64,000 nt of DNA from a virus: positions 1 to 64,000 of the IMG/VR virus record IMGVR_UViG_3300037471_000902; one strand, written 5' to 3'. The position numbers and the translations under genes were made by a program. A model generated the notes under the pieces. It made no database searches, was not told the origin of the DNA, and saw only the letters and a program-made list of their open reading frames with translations. This document shows positions 1-8,327 of this stretch, in pieces (position 1 is the first letter of the stretch; each line of letters begins with the position of its first letter).

Positions 1-2
1 GG

Positions 3-1022
3 ATGCAAGAAAACTTGCTCAAGCTTCTTGAACATTTTGCGTCACCAACACCACCAGTCAATCCAACTATTGGTCAAATTTGGTTTAATTCGCAGAATAA
101 CACTCTGTTTGTTTATTTTGGCGGTACTTGGAATCATACTGGAGTAACACCATCTGCGACAGCACCAACTAGTCCTGCAGAAGGAACAATTTGGTATGAC
201 ACTGTAAATGATGCGCTTAAGGTATGGAACGGTGTTGCGTGGGATTCCTTTGTCACGTTAGCTGGAACACAGACGCTTACGAATAAGACTCTCACGGCGC
301 CAACACTGACGACCCCTACTGTCAGTGCAGGCGGTATTGTCATTAGCTCCACGGCTACACCGACACCAATTTCTAATGGTCACGTTTACTTTGATGGCAC
401 CACGCTTAACCTCCGTACTGGTGGTGCATGGAGAGGATTGGTAACCACGGACTATCTAACATCACAGGGATATGTCACGACATCTAACCTGTCGTCACAG
501 GGCTTCTTGACAGCTGAAAACCTATCAGGTTATGCAACTCAATCGTGGGTTACATCGCAGGGATATGCAACCGAAACGTGGGCTACTAGTCAATTCGCGC
601 CTATTGGTTCAGGTAGCAGCGGAACGACGGTCAGCGCAACCCATGTTTACACTTCTGGATCTGTTGACCTTACGTTATCATCATCAGTGACTGTTCAGAC
701 ACTTGCAGTAACTGCAACTGCTGGGCAAAACCTCTTGATCATTCTAACCATTACGCTGGCAGATAATGCAAAGCCTGATATGGTAAGCGGTGACACCACG
801 ATTCCAGGTGATCCAGGTGGATACAGTCTTTCGCTGCTTAGAGATGGTGTTGAACTTAAGAGCTGGGATGTAGCTGGCTTCATCGCACCATTTGGCGGCC
901 CTTGGAATGTTATTGACGTTCCTGGCGCAGGAACTTTCACGTACACCCTTGTTGCAAGTGGAATGGGCGACGGTCGTTCAGAGGGAGTGAGCGAGCGAGG
1001 AATAACTGCTCTAAGAATTTAA
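3..1022 (+). CDS. Tail/virion fibre protein (probably 5'-truncated by the window)
   Basis: Two PxxPxxGxxW(F/Y)[ND] fibre motifs, Thr/Gly/Ser-rich, TLAGTQTLTNKT motif shared with the fibres at 49.8-64 kb, YATxxWV repeats. Confidence 0.8.
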   Translation: MQENLLKLLEHFASPTPPVNPTIGQIWFNSQNNTLFVYFGGTWNHTGVTPSATAPTSPAEGTIWYDTVNDALKVWNGVAWDSFVTLAGTQTLTNKTLTAPTLTTPTVSAGGIVISSTATPTPISNGHVYFDGTTLNLRTGGAWRGLVTTDYLTSQGYVTTSNLSSQGFLTAENLSGYATQSWVTSQGYATETWATSQFAPIGSGSSGTTVSATHVYTSGSVDLTLSSSVTVQTLAVTATAGQNLLIILTITLADNAKPDMVSGDTTIPGDPGGYSLSLLRDGVELKSWDVAGFIAPFGGPWNVIDVPGAGTFTYTLVASGMGDGRSEGVSERGITALRI

Positions 1023-1035
1023 CATCCAGGTTTAA

Positions 1036-1065
1036 GTTTTCGTGGGTGTCTCCTCACAGTATAAT
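1036..1065 (+). promoter_or_regulatory. Early promoter GTTTT-N19-TATAAT
   Basis: The same motif and spacing recurs at 8 other gene starts in the window. Confidence 0.75.
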
Positions 1066-1123
1066 AGTCGAATAACACCCGCACGACCTAAGAAGAAAAG
1101 CGGGATAATGAGGAGACATTCCC

Positions 1124-2257
1124 ATGCTGCACATCCAGGGCCTAACGGCCCTAGAACACTTTCGCCTCCGCGTTAGCAACAAGCCCGAAATTGTAGAAGA
1201 AGAAATCGCACCAGGTTTGGTGTGTTTTTCCGTCATGAAGGGCGTGGCGACAGGCGACACCTACTCTGACGACTGGCTTCGTGAATGTCGCGGAATCACA
1301 TTCAGCAAAATGCACGGTGAAGTTGTAGGCAGACCGCTACACAAATTCTTCAACGTGAATGAACGTCTCGAAACTCAACTAGACAAGTTGAAATGGGAAG
1401 ACGTACAATGTGTGATGGACAAGCGTGATGGATCCATGATCCACACTGTCAGCGATAGGCAGTTCAAGTTTGATCTCGGCTTAAAGTCAAAGAAAGTATT
1501 TGACTCGGACATGGCAGTGCGCGCATATGAGCTACTCTATGCACCGGATAATTGGAAGCTTCGTGTCTTCTCCGAAATCATGATCGGAGCTGGCAATACT
1601 GTCATCTATGAATTCACGTCACCAAATAACCGCATTGTTCTAGGTTATCCGCACGATGAGCTGCGCGTCCTGCATGTTCGAAAGAACTACACGGGCGAAT
1701 ACATCTCTCGTGAACAGCTGCGTGAACTAGCTGCACTTTATGGTGTTCATCTGGTTGATGAAGTGAATGAGTTTAGCTCATTCGAACAAATGATTGAGGC
1801 TGCAAAAACTCGTGAAGGTATTGAAGGCTGGATAGTCCAGTTCAAGAATGGCGAGATGGTCAAAATCAAGACTGATTGGTACATGCGGCGCCATCGTGTC
1901 ATGACGTATTGGAGAGAGCGAGACATTGTTGAACTGATCATGAATGAGCAGCTTGATGATGTGAAATCCATGTTTGTATCTGACGGTTTGGACATCCAAC
2001 CAATTTTGGATATTGAAGCAAAGTATGCTCGCGTTTTCGGCGGTCTCATTGCAGAAGTAGAAGAGAAATATCAAGCAATTAAGCACCTTGAACCACGACA
2101 CGCCGCAGCAGTTGTCAAGGGTGACCCTATGAGTGGATTGGTGATGGCTCGGGTGAATAATAAGGAGCCTCGTTATCTCCACTACTTCACTCATAACATG
2201 TTTAAGGAGAACTTCGGTCTAGATACTGTGGGTTCGTTAATGAAGGTAGAAAAATAA
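1124..2257 (+). CDS. rnlA: RNA ligase 1 (T4 RnlA family)
   Basis: RECRGITF, KFFNVNE, motif I KRDGS, motif III YEF, motif IV EGWIV, motif V VKIKTDWY; AGGAG SD. Confidence 0.9.
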   Translation: MLHIQGLTALEHFRLRVSNKPEIVEEEIAPGLVCFSVMKGVATGDTYSDDWLRECRGITFSKMHGEVVGRPLHKFFNVNERLETQLDKLKWEDVQCVMDKRDGSMIHTVSDRQFKFDLGLKSKKVFDSDMAVRAYELLYAPDNWKLRVFSEIMIGAGNTVIYEFTSPNNRIVLGYPHDELRVLHVRKNYTGEYISREQLRELAALYGVHLVDEVNEFSSFEQMIEAAKTREGIEGWIVQFKNGEMVKIKTDWYMRRHRVMTYWRERDIVELIMNEQLDDVKSMFVSDGLDIQPILDIEAKYARVFGGLIAEVEEKYQAIKHLEPRHAAAVVKGDPMSGLVMARVNNKEPRYLHYFTHNMFKENFGLDTVGSLMKVEK

Positions 2258-3360
2258 TGACAAGAAAACTGGTAACTATCCGCACTGTAAGCGAAGTGAA
2301 TCCCATCGAGGGAGCTGACAGCATTGAGTGCCTGACTGTTGAAGGATGGAAAGTTGTCTCGCAGAAAGGCAACTTCCAGGTGAATGACCCCTGCGTCTAT
2401 TTCGAAATTGACTCCTTCTTGCCTGATGGCAATCCTCTGTGGCAAGACCTGGTTGATCGAAGCTCACGTGAATTTGAAGGCAAGAAGGGCCACGTGCTGC
2501 GTACTATTAAGCTGCGTGGTCAAGTCAGTCAGGGCTTCTGCATTCCGCTGCGTGAGTTCCCACAGATTATCAGCGCGCTGAACTTCAATCACGATCGCGT
2601 GACAAGCAAGGATTATGCGAAGTTCCGCGACACGGACTGGTCTGAGCTACTGGGTGTTGTGAAGTACGAACCACCTGTTCCGGCTGAACTTGCTGGTATG
2701 ACGAAGGGTTTGTTCCCATCTTTCATCAAGAAGACGGATCAAGAGCGTTGCCAGAACCTGGCTGGTGAAATCTTTGCAGACCTAGACGCAAAGTACGAAG
2801 TCAGCGTCAAGTTGGACGGTTCTTCTATGACAGTCTACCATGACGTTGATGGTATTGGCGGTGTTTGTTCGCGGAACCTTGACTTGGACGTGCACGCCAT
2901 TGAAAATGAAGGCAACACTCTCGTGAAGGTGGCAAAGGAAGGTGGACTGCTGAATGTTGTTGCTCTTCACCCCACGTTTGCTATTCAGGGTGAACTCATG
3001 GGTCCTGGAATTCAAGGTAATCGCGAACAGCTTAAAGCCGCTGGGTTCTTCATCTTTGATATCTTTGACATTGCCAATGGCAAATATCTGACGCCGTCTG
3101 AGCGATCAGAATTCCTGTTTGAGTTGATTGCCGATGGTCATCTCGCAGATCGTTCGCACCTTGTGCAACACGTGCCGATCCTCCATGAAAGTGCCAGCCT
3201 GCGTGAGCTTGGTATCACGAATGTTGAAGAACTGCTAGCATATGCAGAGGGCAAATCGCTAAAGCATGATGTTCGCGAAGGACTGGTTTTCAAGCGTCAT
3301 GACGGACAATTTAGTTTCAAGGCGATCTCAAATAAGTTCCTGCTTAAAGCAAAGGATTAA
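2257..3360 (+). CDS. RNA ligase, DRB0094 (Rnl5) family
   Basis: N-terminal OB-like RKLVTIR..PIEGAD.IE, VYFEIDS, KLRGQVSQG, KTDQER.QN, KLDGSS, REGLVFK, SFKAISNKFL. Confidence 0.9.
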   Translation: MTRKLVTIRTVSEVNPIEGADSIECLTVEGWKVVSQKGNFQVNDPCVYFEIDSFLPDGNPLWQDLVDRSSREFEGKKGHVLRTIKLRGQVSQGFCIPLREFPQIISALNFNHDRVTSKDYAKFRDTDWSELLGVVKYEPPVPAELAGMTKGLFPSFIKKTDQERCQNLAGEIFADLDAKYEVSVKLDGSSMTVYHDVDGIGGVCSRNLDLDVHAIENEGNTLVKVAKEGGLLNVVALHPTFAIQGELMGPGIQGNREQLKAAGFFIFDIFDIANGKYLTPSERSEFLFELIADGHLADRSHLVQHVPILHESASLRELGITNVEELLAYAEGKSLKHDVREGLVFKRHDGQFSFKAISNKFLLKAKD

Positions 3361-3362
3361 AG

Positions 3363-3665
3363 ATGAAATATCAAGTCACTCAGCTGGCCAATAATTCTGA
3401 TGTATGCGGGACACTTGATGATTTTATCAAGTCTGTCCGTGAGTGGGTAGAAAGCACTGTGCCAAACCAGTATATCAAGACAGCATACATCTCGTTGGAA
3501 AAGGACGTGTCGATGTATTCTGATCATGAACGCCCCGTTCTACAAGTCACGTGGCAACGGCCTGAAACTGATGAAGAAGAGCGTTCACGCGAAGCTCGTG
3601 AAAACACGCATAAAGCAGAGAGGCGTCGGCAGTATGAGGCGCTGAAGAAGGAGTTTGGCGAATGA
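3363..3665 (+). CDS. Hypothetical protein
   Basis: Tightly packed co-directional ORF. Confidence 0.6.
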   Translation: MKYQVTQLANNSDVCGTLDDFIKSVREWVESTVPNQYIKTAYISLEKDVSMYSDHERPVLQVTWQRPETDEEERSREARENTHKAERRRQYEALKKEFGE

Positions 3666-4099
3666 TGGACAAAAAGAAGGTTGATCAAACTCAGTTTTCG
3701 TCTGAGGATGGGACGGTGAATGGCAACTGCTTTTCAGCTTGTCTCGCCATGCTCTTTGACATCCCCATTGATGGGATTCCAAATTTCGCAGAGATGGGCA
3801 CTGATTGGTTCAACCCATTTCTTAGGTTCATCAATAACCATGGTTATGACTACTATGGAATGATCTACATGCTTCCGTTCAGAGAACATCCTGCGAAGAC
3901 ATGGGAAGATGTGTATAAGCGATCTCCAGGCGTAGATGGCTTTTACATTGTTGGTGGGCCAAGTCCTCGCACATACGTTAAGAACGGACATGCTGTACTT
4001 TACAAGGATGGCAAAATGTGGCATGACCCGCATCCATCACGCGATGGACTACTCGCTGTGCAGGATGTTTATATGATCGAGAGAAAGCGTGAACTTTGA
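3662..4099 (+). CDS. Hypothetical protein with papain/C39-like Cys-His-Asp motifs
   Basis: Q..GNCFSACLAML, GHAVLY, HDPHP. Confidence 0.5.
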   Translation: MMDKKKVDQTQFSSEDGTVNGNCFSACLAMLFDIPIDGIPNFAEMGTDWFNPFLRFINNHGYDYYGMIYMLPFREHPAKTWEDVYKRSPGVDGFYIVGGPSPRTYVKNGHAVLYKDGKMWHDPHPSRDGLLAVQDVYMIERKREL

Positions 4100-4556
4100 T
4101 CAGAATGAAAGGATTAAGCTCCTAGAATCTGATTGGGACACAGTTAGATTGCGAATCGAGAATGGCACATTGAAGAAGAAATCAGATGCCCAACTTTACG
4201 GTTTTGCAATTGACGCTGCCGTGAAGAGAGTGTTGGGACACGCTGGTGCGGTATTCGATAAATTTGATTTGGCAATCCCGCTTGACAACATCCTACATCA
4301 GGATGTAAAGAGCAGTAGAGGAATGTCGACTATCACTATTTCCCCTGATGAATTCAGATTTGCCAAAAATGAACATGCTAATGGGAAAGACGTTCTCTAC
4401 ATCATCTTTGAGCAGCTTCCACCTGATGAATTCAGATTTGAAGGCGTCGTGTTGTTCAGTGATCTTCATCATGCTGGATTGTTGAATAGCTCTCAATTCA
4501 AGCCTGGCGAATTCTTCTTCTACATCAACGCGGCACGCCGCTTTTTCCTGAAATGA
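4089..4556 (+). CDS. Putative PD-(D/E)XK endonuclease (DUF3883/NOV-C-like)
   Basis: FD....DVKSS..TITISPDEFRFA resembles the EVKS..F.IS.NE..FA pattern. Confidence 0.55.
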   Translation: MNFDQNERIKLLESDWDTVRLRIENGTLKKKSDAQLYGFAIDAAVKRVLGHAGAVFDKFDLAIPLDNILHQDVKSSRGMSTITISPDEFRFAKNEHANGKDVLYIIFEQLPPDEFRFEGVVLFSDLHHAGLLNSSQFKPGEFFFYINAARRFFLK

Positions 4557-5050
4557 AATTGACAGAATTACAAGAAACCAAGAAGGGCACGTATGCTGGT
4601 GTGCGTTTCTCTGAGCAGACAAAGCACAACATCAGAACGTACATTGCTGATAATAGAATCCCACGGCCATTATCAGTGTCAAAGCTGCACACCACGCTTC
4701 TATACAGCCGCAAGTATTGTCCTGACTATGAACCGCTTGGTATGCTAGACAAGCCCATCATTGCAAAACCAGCAGAATGGGACGTGTTCATGACTAGACC
4801 CACGAAGGGTGAACCTACTCGCTGTTTAGTCCTTAAATTATTCTGTCCTGATCTAGTTGCTAGACACATGAACTTGATGGGCGAGCTACAGGCAGAATAC
4901 GATTTCCTTGAGTACACCCCACACATCAGTCTCTCCTACAATATTGGCGATTATGACATCAATACACTGCCACCTGTCGATTTTGATATCGAGATTGTGG
5001 AGGAATATGGTAAGGATCTAGATTTAGATTGGGGTACCAAGAATGGTTGA
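4553..5050 (+). CDS. acb1: Anti-CBASS 2H phosphodiesterase (T4 gp57B/Acb1-like)
   Basis: LHTTLLYSR and YTPHISLSY 2H motifs, LVLKL..RH, C-terminal EY..LDLDW, colinear with T4 57B as recalled. Confidence 0.85.
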   Translation: MKLTELQETKKGTYAGVRFSEQTKHNIRTYIADNRIPRPLSVSKLHTTLLYSRKYCPDYEPLGMLDKPIIAKPAEWDVFMTRPTKGEPTRCLVLKLFCPDLVARHMNLMGELQAEYDFLEYTPHISLSYNIGDYDINTLPPVDFDIEIVEEYGKDLDLDWGTKNG

Positions 5051-5240
5051 TGCTGAACATTTTGCCAAATACTTGGCAAAACAGCTATGTGTTGACAAAA
5101 ATGATTGGACAAGCATTGTGTCAGGTTATTATGATCGAAGTGAGTATGTTGAAATTGATCAAGACGCACTGAAAGAGTCAATCCTGTGCTTTGTAAATAT
5201 GTACGTAAAGGAATTTGATAATGAAAACTGCAGGTATTGA
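5043..5240 (+). CDS. Hypothetical protein
   Basis: Overlapping packed ORF. Confidence 0.55.
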   Translation: MVDAEHFAKYLAKQLCVDKNDWTSIVSGYYDRSEYVEIDQDALKESILCFVNMYVKEFDNENCRY

Positions 5241-5442
5241 TGTTATTCGCGTCGTGTGGTCTCAAGATTATGACCCACTTACAGTAGCGCCATCCGCTGA
5301 CTGTCCAGGTTATGTGACAGTTGAACCACGTGGTGCAGATGCTGAATCTTTCTGGGGAAAATTCAGCATCACAATGCCGAAGGAATTGGCTTTGCAATTG
5401 GCAGAAGCAATTCGCGCGTGCGCAGAGGAACAGGATGACTAA
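5221..5442 (+). CDS. Hypothetical protein
   Basis: AAGGA SD upstream of ATG 5221. Confidence 0.6.
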   Translation: MKTAGIDVIRVVWSQDYDPLTVAPSADCPGYVTVEPRGADAESFWGKFSITMPKELALQLAEAIRACAEEQDD

Positions 5443-6031
5443 CTATGTGATCGGGCTGTGCGGTACGCATGGCACTGGTAAAAGCACCGTCATTCAAGGA
5501 CTGAAGAATGCAGGCATTCCCGTCAATGACGCGCAGCTTTCCAGAACCGCACAGAAAATGCTAGGATGGGATAGCTTGGCTCCAGTGAAAGAGTCAGTTG
5601 AGAACGTGTGGAAATTGCAGGATGCTATCCTTTCTGCGATGTATGACCGTGATACTCAAATCAATCAATCTGGCGTACACACCATTGTAGATAGAACGCC
5701 AGCAGATGTCGCGGCCTACACGCTCCTATGGCTGTTTAAATTGGATTACATTGGTCCAGAGAATAGATATCGTTATGATACGTTTCGCGGGCAATGCCGA
5801 AATTTGGCATCAAAATATTCTCACTACATTTATTTCCCAATTCGCGAGGAAATCCCATTTGTAGCTGAAGCTCGTCGTGCTGATGGAGAGGATCGTACCA
5901 CTCACGATAGACACATCAAGAACTTTCTCTATGGGAATCTTCCCACACTAGTGCTCAATTCGCTAACTCCAGAAGATCGCGTTGCTGAGATTATCACGCA
6001 GTACAACATCGAAAAAGCTAAATGTACATAG
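5435..6031 (+). CDS. P-loop nucleotide kinase-like protein (AAA_28/NadR-type)
   Basis: IGLCGTHGTGKST Walker A, DRTPAD; start reassigned to ATG 5435 (GAGG SD). Confidence 0.7.
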   Translation: MTNYVIGLCGTHGTGKSTVIQGLKNAGIPVNDAQLSRTAQKMLGWDSLAPVKESVENVWKLQDAILSAMYDRDTQINQSGVHTIVDRTPADVAAYTLLWLFKLDYIGPENRYRYDTFRGQCRNLASKYSHYIYFPIREEIPFVAEARRADGEDRTTHDRHIKNFLYGNLPTLVLNSLTPEDRVAEIITQYNIEKAKCT

Positions 6032-6043
6032 ACCCAGACTATC

Positions 6044-6286
6044 ATGACCCGTTCAAGGATGAGTGATAAGCGCTTCAAGGAACTTGATGACAAGTATGGT
6101 TGGCTCGCTCCAGGGGTTCGTAAAACCAAATTTGTTGGTAGGCAAGCAACGAAGGAAGAGGAGAAGATCTTCAAGGAACTGGGGAAGATATTTGCGCCTG
6201 CACAAGAAGCGCCCTTCAGAGTTTGGCAAGATTGGACTGATTATCAGATAGAAGTAGAATTGAGAGAAAGAGAAAATGAAAACTAA
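6044..6286 (+). CDS. Hypothetical protein
   Basis: Packed ORF. Confidence 0.5.
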   Translation: MTRSRMSDKRFKELDDKYGWLAPGVRKTKFVGRQATKEEEKIFKELGKIFAPAQEAPFRVWQDWTDYQIEVELRERENEN

Positions 6287-6905
6287 ACAATCGACACCGC
6301 AGTTTGGCCTATGTCTTGATTGGGAAACTAGTGGTGCTGCATTTGGCGAAGATTCTAGCAAAATCTATCAAGGTCTTTCCTTCGGTGCAATCGTCTTCAA
6401 CACGAAAACTTTTGAACCTGTTGAAGAAATGTACAGGGTAATTCAGTTTGATGAGACGAAATGGAAGTGGTCTGATGATGCTCAGAAAATCCATGGCATG
6501 AGTAAGGAGCACACGATCGAGAATGGTGTGAGTGCCGAACAGGCTGCAGCTGATTTGCTTGAAATGATCTTCAAGTATTTTGGTACCGGCAAGGTAATGT
6601 TTCTGGGGCACAACCCTGAATTCGATCGCCGCTTTACTAACCAACTGCTCAACAACATCAATATCGAGTTCTCTGTTGAAAGAACTCAACCACAGATGGA
6701 GGGCTGGTGTCAAGTTCACCATGTGATGCTTGATACGTCAGCGCTGGGATTTATTACGCTTGGCCTGTTTAAGTCTGACCTGCTCTTTGACAGCCTCGGT
6801 TTTGAAGAGCGGGGTGAGCACAACGCACTGCAAGATGCAATGCAGACATTGCAAACGTGTCAAGCGATTCGCCAGCTTGTGCAAATTGGAATGGGCGAAC
6901 TATAA
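6276..6905 (+). CDS. DEDDh 3'-5' exonuclease (DnaQ/epsilon-like)
   Basis: LDWETSG, GHNPEFD, LDT, HNALQDA. Confidence 0.85.
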   Translation: MKTKQSTPQFGLCLDWETSGAAFGEDSSKIYQGLSFGAIVFNTKTFEPVEEMYRVIQFDETKWKWSDDAQKIHGMSKEHTIENGVSAEQAAADLLEMIFKYFGTGKVMFLGHNPEFDRRFTNQLLNNINIEFSVERTQPQMEGWCQVHHVMLDTSALGFITLGLFKSDLLFDSLGFEERGEHNALQDAMQTLQTCQAIRQLVQIGMGEL

Positions 6906-6923
6906 AATGTTAGGAGATTAATC

Positions 6924-6983
6924 ATGCCAGTGCTATTTTGGATGTTCTTGTTTACATACCCTCTCTGGGTATTCAGTGCCTAA
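6924..6983 (+). CDS. 19-aa hydrophobic micropeptide MPVLFWMFLFTYPLWVFSA (not in ORF track)
   Basis: AGGAG SD (6912-6916) 7 nt upstream, TAAAAT at 6903; fills the gap and overlaps the next start. Confidence 0.55.
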   Translation: MPVLFWMFLFTYPLWVFSA

Positions 6984-7257
6984 AGTACTCAAGAAGGGAA
7001 CCAAACAGAAGGGCGTCTTCATCGGACGCCCTTCCAAGTGGGGAAATCCTTTCATTATTGGTAGGGATGGAACGCGAGAGGAAGTCATTTTGAAATTCGA
7101 GGAATGGTTTCGCAAGCAGCCTGAACTTGTAGAAGCTGCAAGGCGCGAACTGTATGGCAAAAATCTCATTTGTTTTTGCTCTCCACTTCCATGCCATGGC
7201 GACGTCATTTTGAAGATAGTTTATGAAGTTGATCCTCGAGGTATAATAAAGCTATGA
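6976..7257 (+). CDS. DUF4326 family protein
   Basis: FIGRPSKWGNPF, L.GKNLICFCSPLPCHGDVI. Confidence 0.85.
   Translation: MPKVLKKGTKQKGVFIGRPSKWGNPFIIGRDGTREEVILKFEEWFRKQPELVEAARRELYGKNLICFCSPLPCHGDVILKIVYEVDPRGIIKL
7219..7247 (+). promoter_or_regulatory. Early promoter GTTTA-N18-TATAAT
   Basis: Consensus match; ATG of the next gene lies 6 nt downstream. Confidence 0.65.
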
Positions 7258-7676
7258 ATATTCTTGGACCATACAAAGGCTATTTCGGTTCGGCTGAATT
7301 TAGCTTTGCTCATGCCGTCGGTGACGTAAATCACTTTCACGGAGAAATTCTCTTTGTAGCTCCAGATATGAAGGCGCCGCCTCTTACATATCGAGCAAAC
7401 ATCCAGAGCAGTGATGAATTTGACCCCTCCAAGTCGCTCGACGCGCAATTCAAAAACGCCGTTGACGACTACCTAAGGGTCTGTGCAGCGCAAGGTCGCA
7501 GTCCACATAAAACAGACGTCAATCTCATTGAAGGTGATATTTTGGGTCGTGAGACTGCAATCAAAGCTGAACTGGAATTTCTTGCCACTTTGAAAAAGGT
7601 ATTAGAAGAATGTCGGAAAGAACAACCTACGTCCATGACGGCACAGAAGTCGTCCTCACAGGAAGAACAGCTGTAA
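7254..7676 (+). CDS. HicB-like antitoxin homologue
   Basis: YKGYFGSAEFS..FHGEIL..FKNAVDDYL..C...GRSP.K matches the HicB N-terminal domain pattern. Confidence 0.65.
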   Translation: MNILGPYKGYFGSAEFSFAHAVGDVNHFHGEILFVAPDMKAPPLTYRANIQSSDEFDPSKSLDAQFKNAVDDYLRVCAAQGRSPHKTDVNLIEGDILGRETAIKAELEFLATLKKVLEECRKEQPTSMTAQKSSSQEEQL

Positions 7677-7810
7677 GGAAAATCCAAACACCTGGTTCCA
7701 GTGTTCCAAAGGAATTCAAGAAGGTGGAAATTACACCGCTTGAGTTCGTGGATGCTGGTGGTGGTTGGAAGAAGTGGGTTGATCCAAGTGAACTCTTTGA
7801 GATCCAATGA
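7610..7810 (+). CDS. Hypothetical protein
   Basis: AAGG upstream; protein-like sequence ending WKKWV...LFEI. Confidence 0.6.
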   Translation: MSERTTYVHDGTEVVLTGRTAVRKIQTPGSSVPKEFKKVEITPLEFVDAGGGWKKWVDPSELFEIQ

Positions 7811-7823
7811 CGGTAGTCGTTCG

Positions 7824-7889
7824 ATGTTATCATTAGCGTTTCTGATCTCAATCGCGTTGGACTTGTACAACCAGTCAGGTGAAAAATGA
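7824..7889 (+). CDS. Possible 21-aa hydrophobic peptide MLSLAFLISIALDLYNQSGEK
   Basis: Fills the gap; ATGA overlap with the next gene. Confidence 0.35.
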   Translation: MLSLAFLISIALDLYNQSGEK

Positions 7890-8071
7890 AAATTTGGTGG
7901 GTGTTAGTGTGGGAAAATTACTATCCTGAAGGCGAGTTAGACAATGTCAAGGGTATGTACCTGACAGAGCCTGAAGCTATAGCGGCCGCTAACGAGTACA
8001 AGACCAAAGCCTGGGATAATGTACGGGTAATAAACATCCTTGAATTCATGAATTCATTTCACAATTCTTAA
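7886..8071 (+). CDS. Hypothetical protein
   Basis: AGGT SD, packed ORF. Confidence 0.6.
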   Translation: MKIWWVLVWENYYPEGELDNVKGMYLTEPEAIAAANEYKTKAWDNVRVINILEFMNSFHNS

Positions 8072-8080
8072 AGCTCACAA

Positions 8081-8281
8081 ATGGCAATCAAAGTTGTAGG
8101 GCAACAGCACCCTAGCGCTGTTAAAAGAGTTGTCTGCAAGAACTGCGGCGCAGAATTAGAATACACTCTAGCCGATACGCATACGGAAACTCATCGTGAT
8201 TATGGCGGTGGCAGTGACACATACCGTATTCTTCAGTGTCCTCCATGCGGCAATAAAATCAATCTTGGATATTCATACTGA
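8081..8281 (+). CDS. Zinc-ribbon small protein
   Basis: CKNC...CPPC. Confidence 0.65.
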   Translation: MAIKVVGQQHPSAVKRVVCKNCGAELEYTLADTHTETHRDYGGGSDTYRILQCPPCGNKINLGYSY

Positions 8282-8289
8282 CACGTTCG

Positions 8290-8321
8290 GTCCTGAAGAA
8301 TAAATATGATAAAACCAGGAC
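8290..8321 (+). promoter_or_regulatory. Late promoter TAAATA (8301-8306) inside GTCCTG/CAGGAC stem covering the SD
   Basis: Direct read of a 6-bp inverted repeat; AGGA lies in the 3' arm. Confidence 0.5.
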
Positions 8322-8327
8322 TTACTG

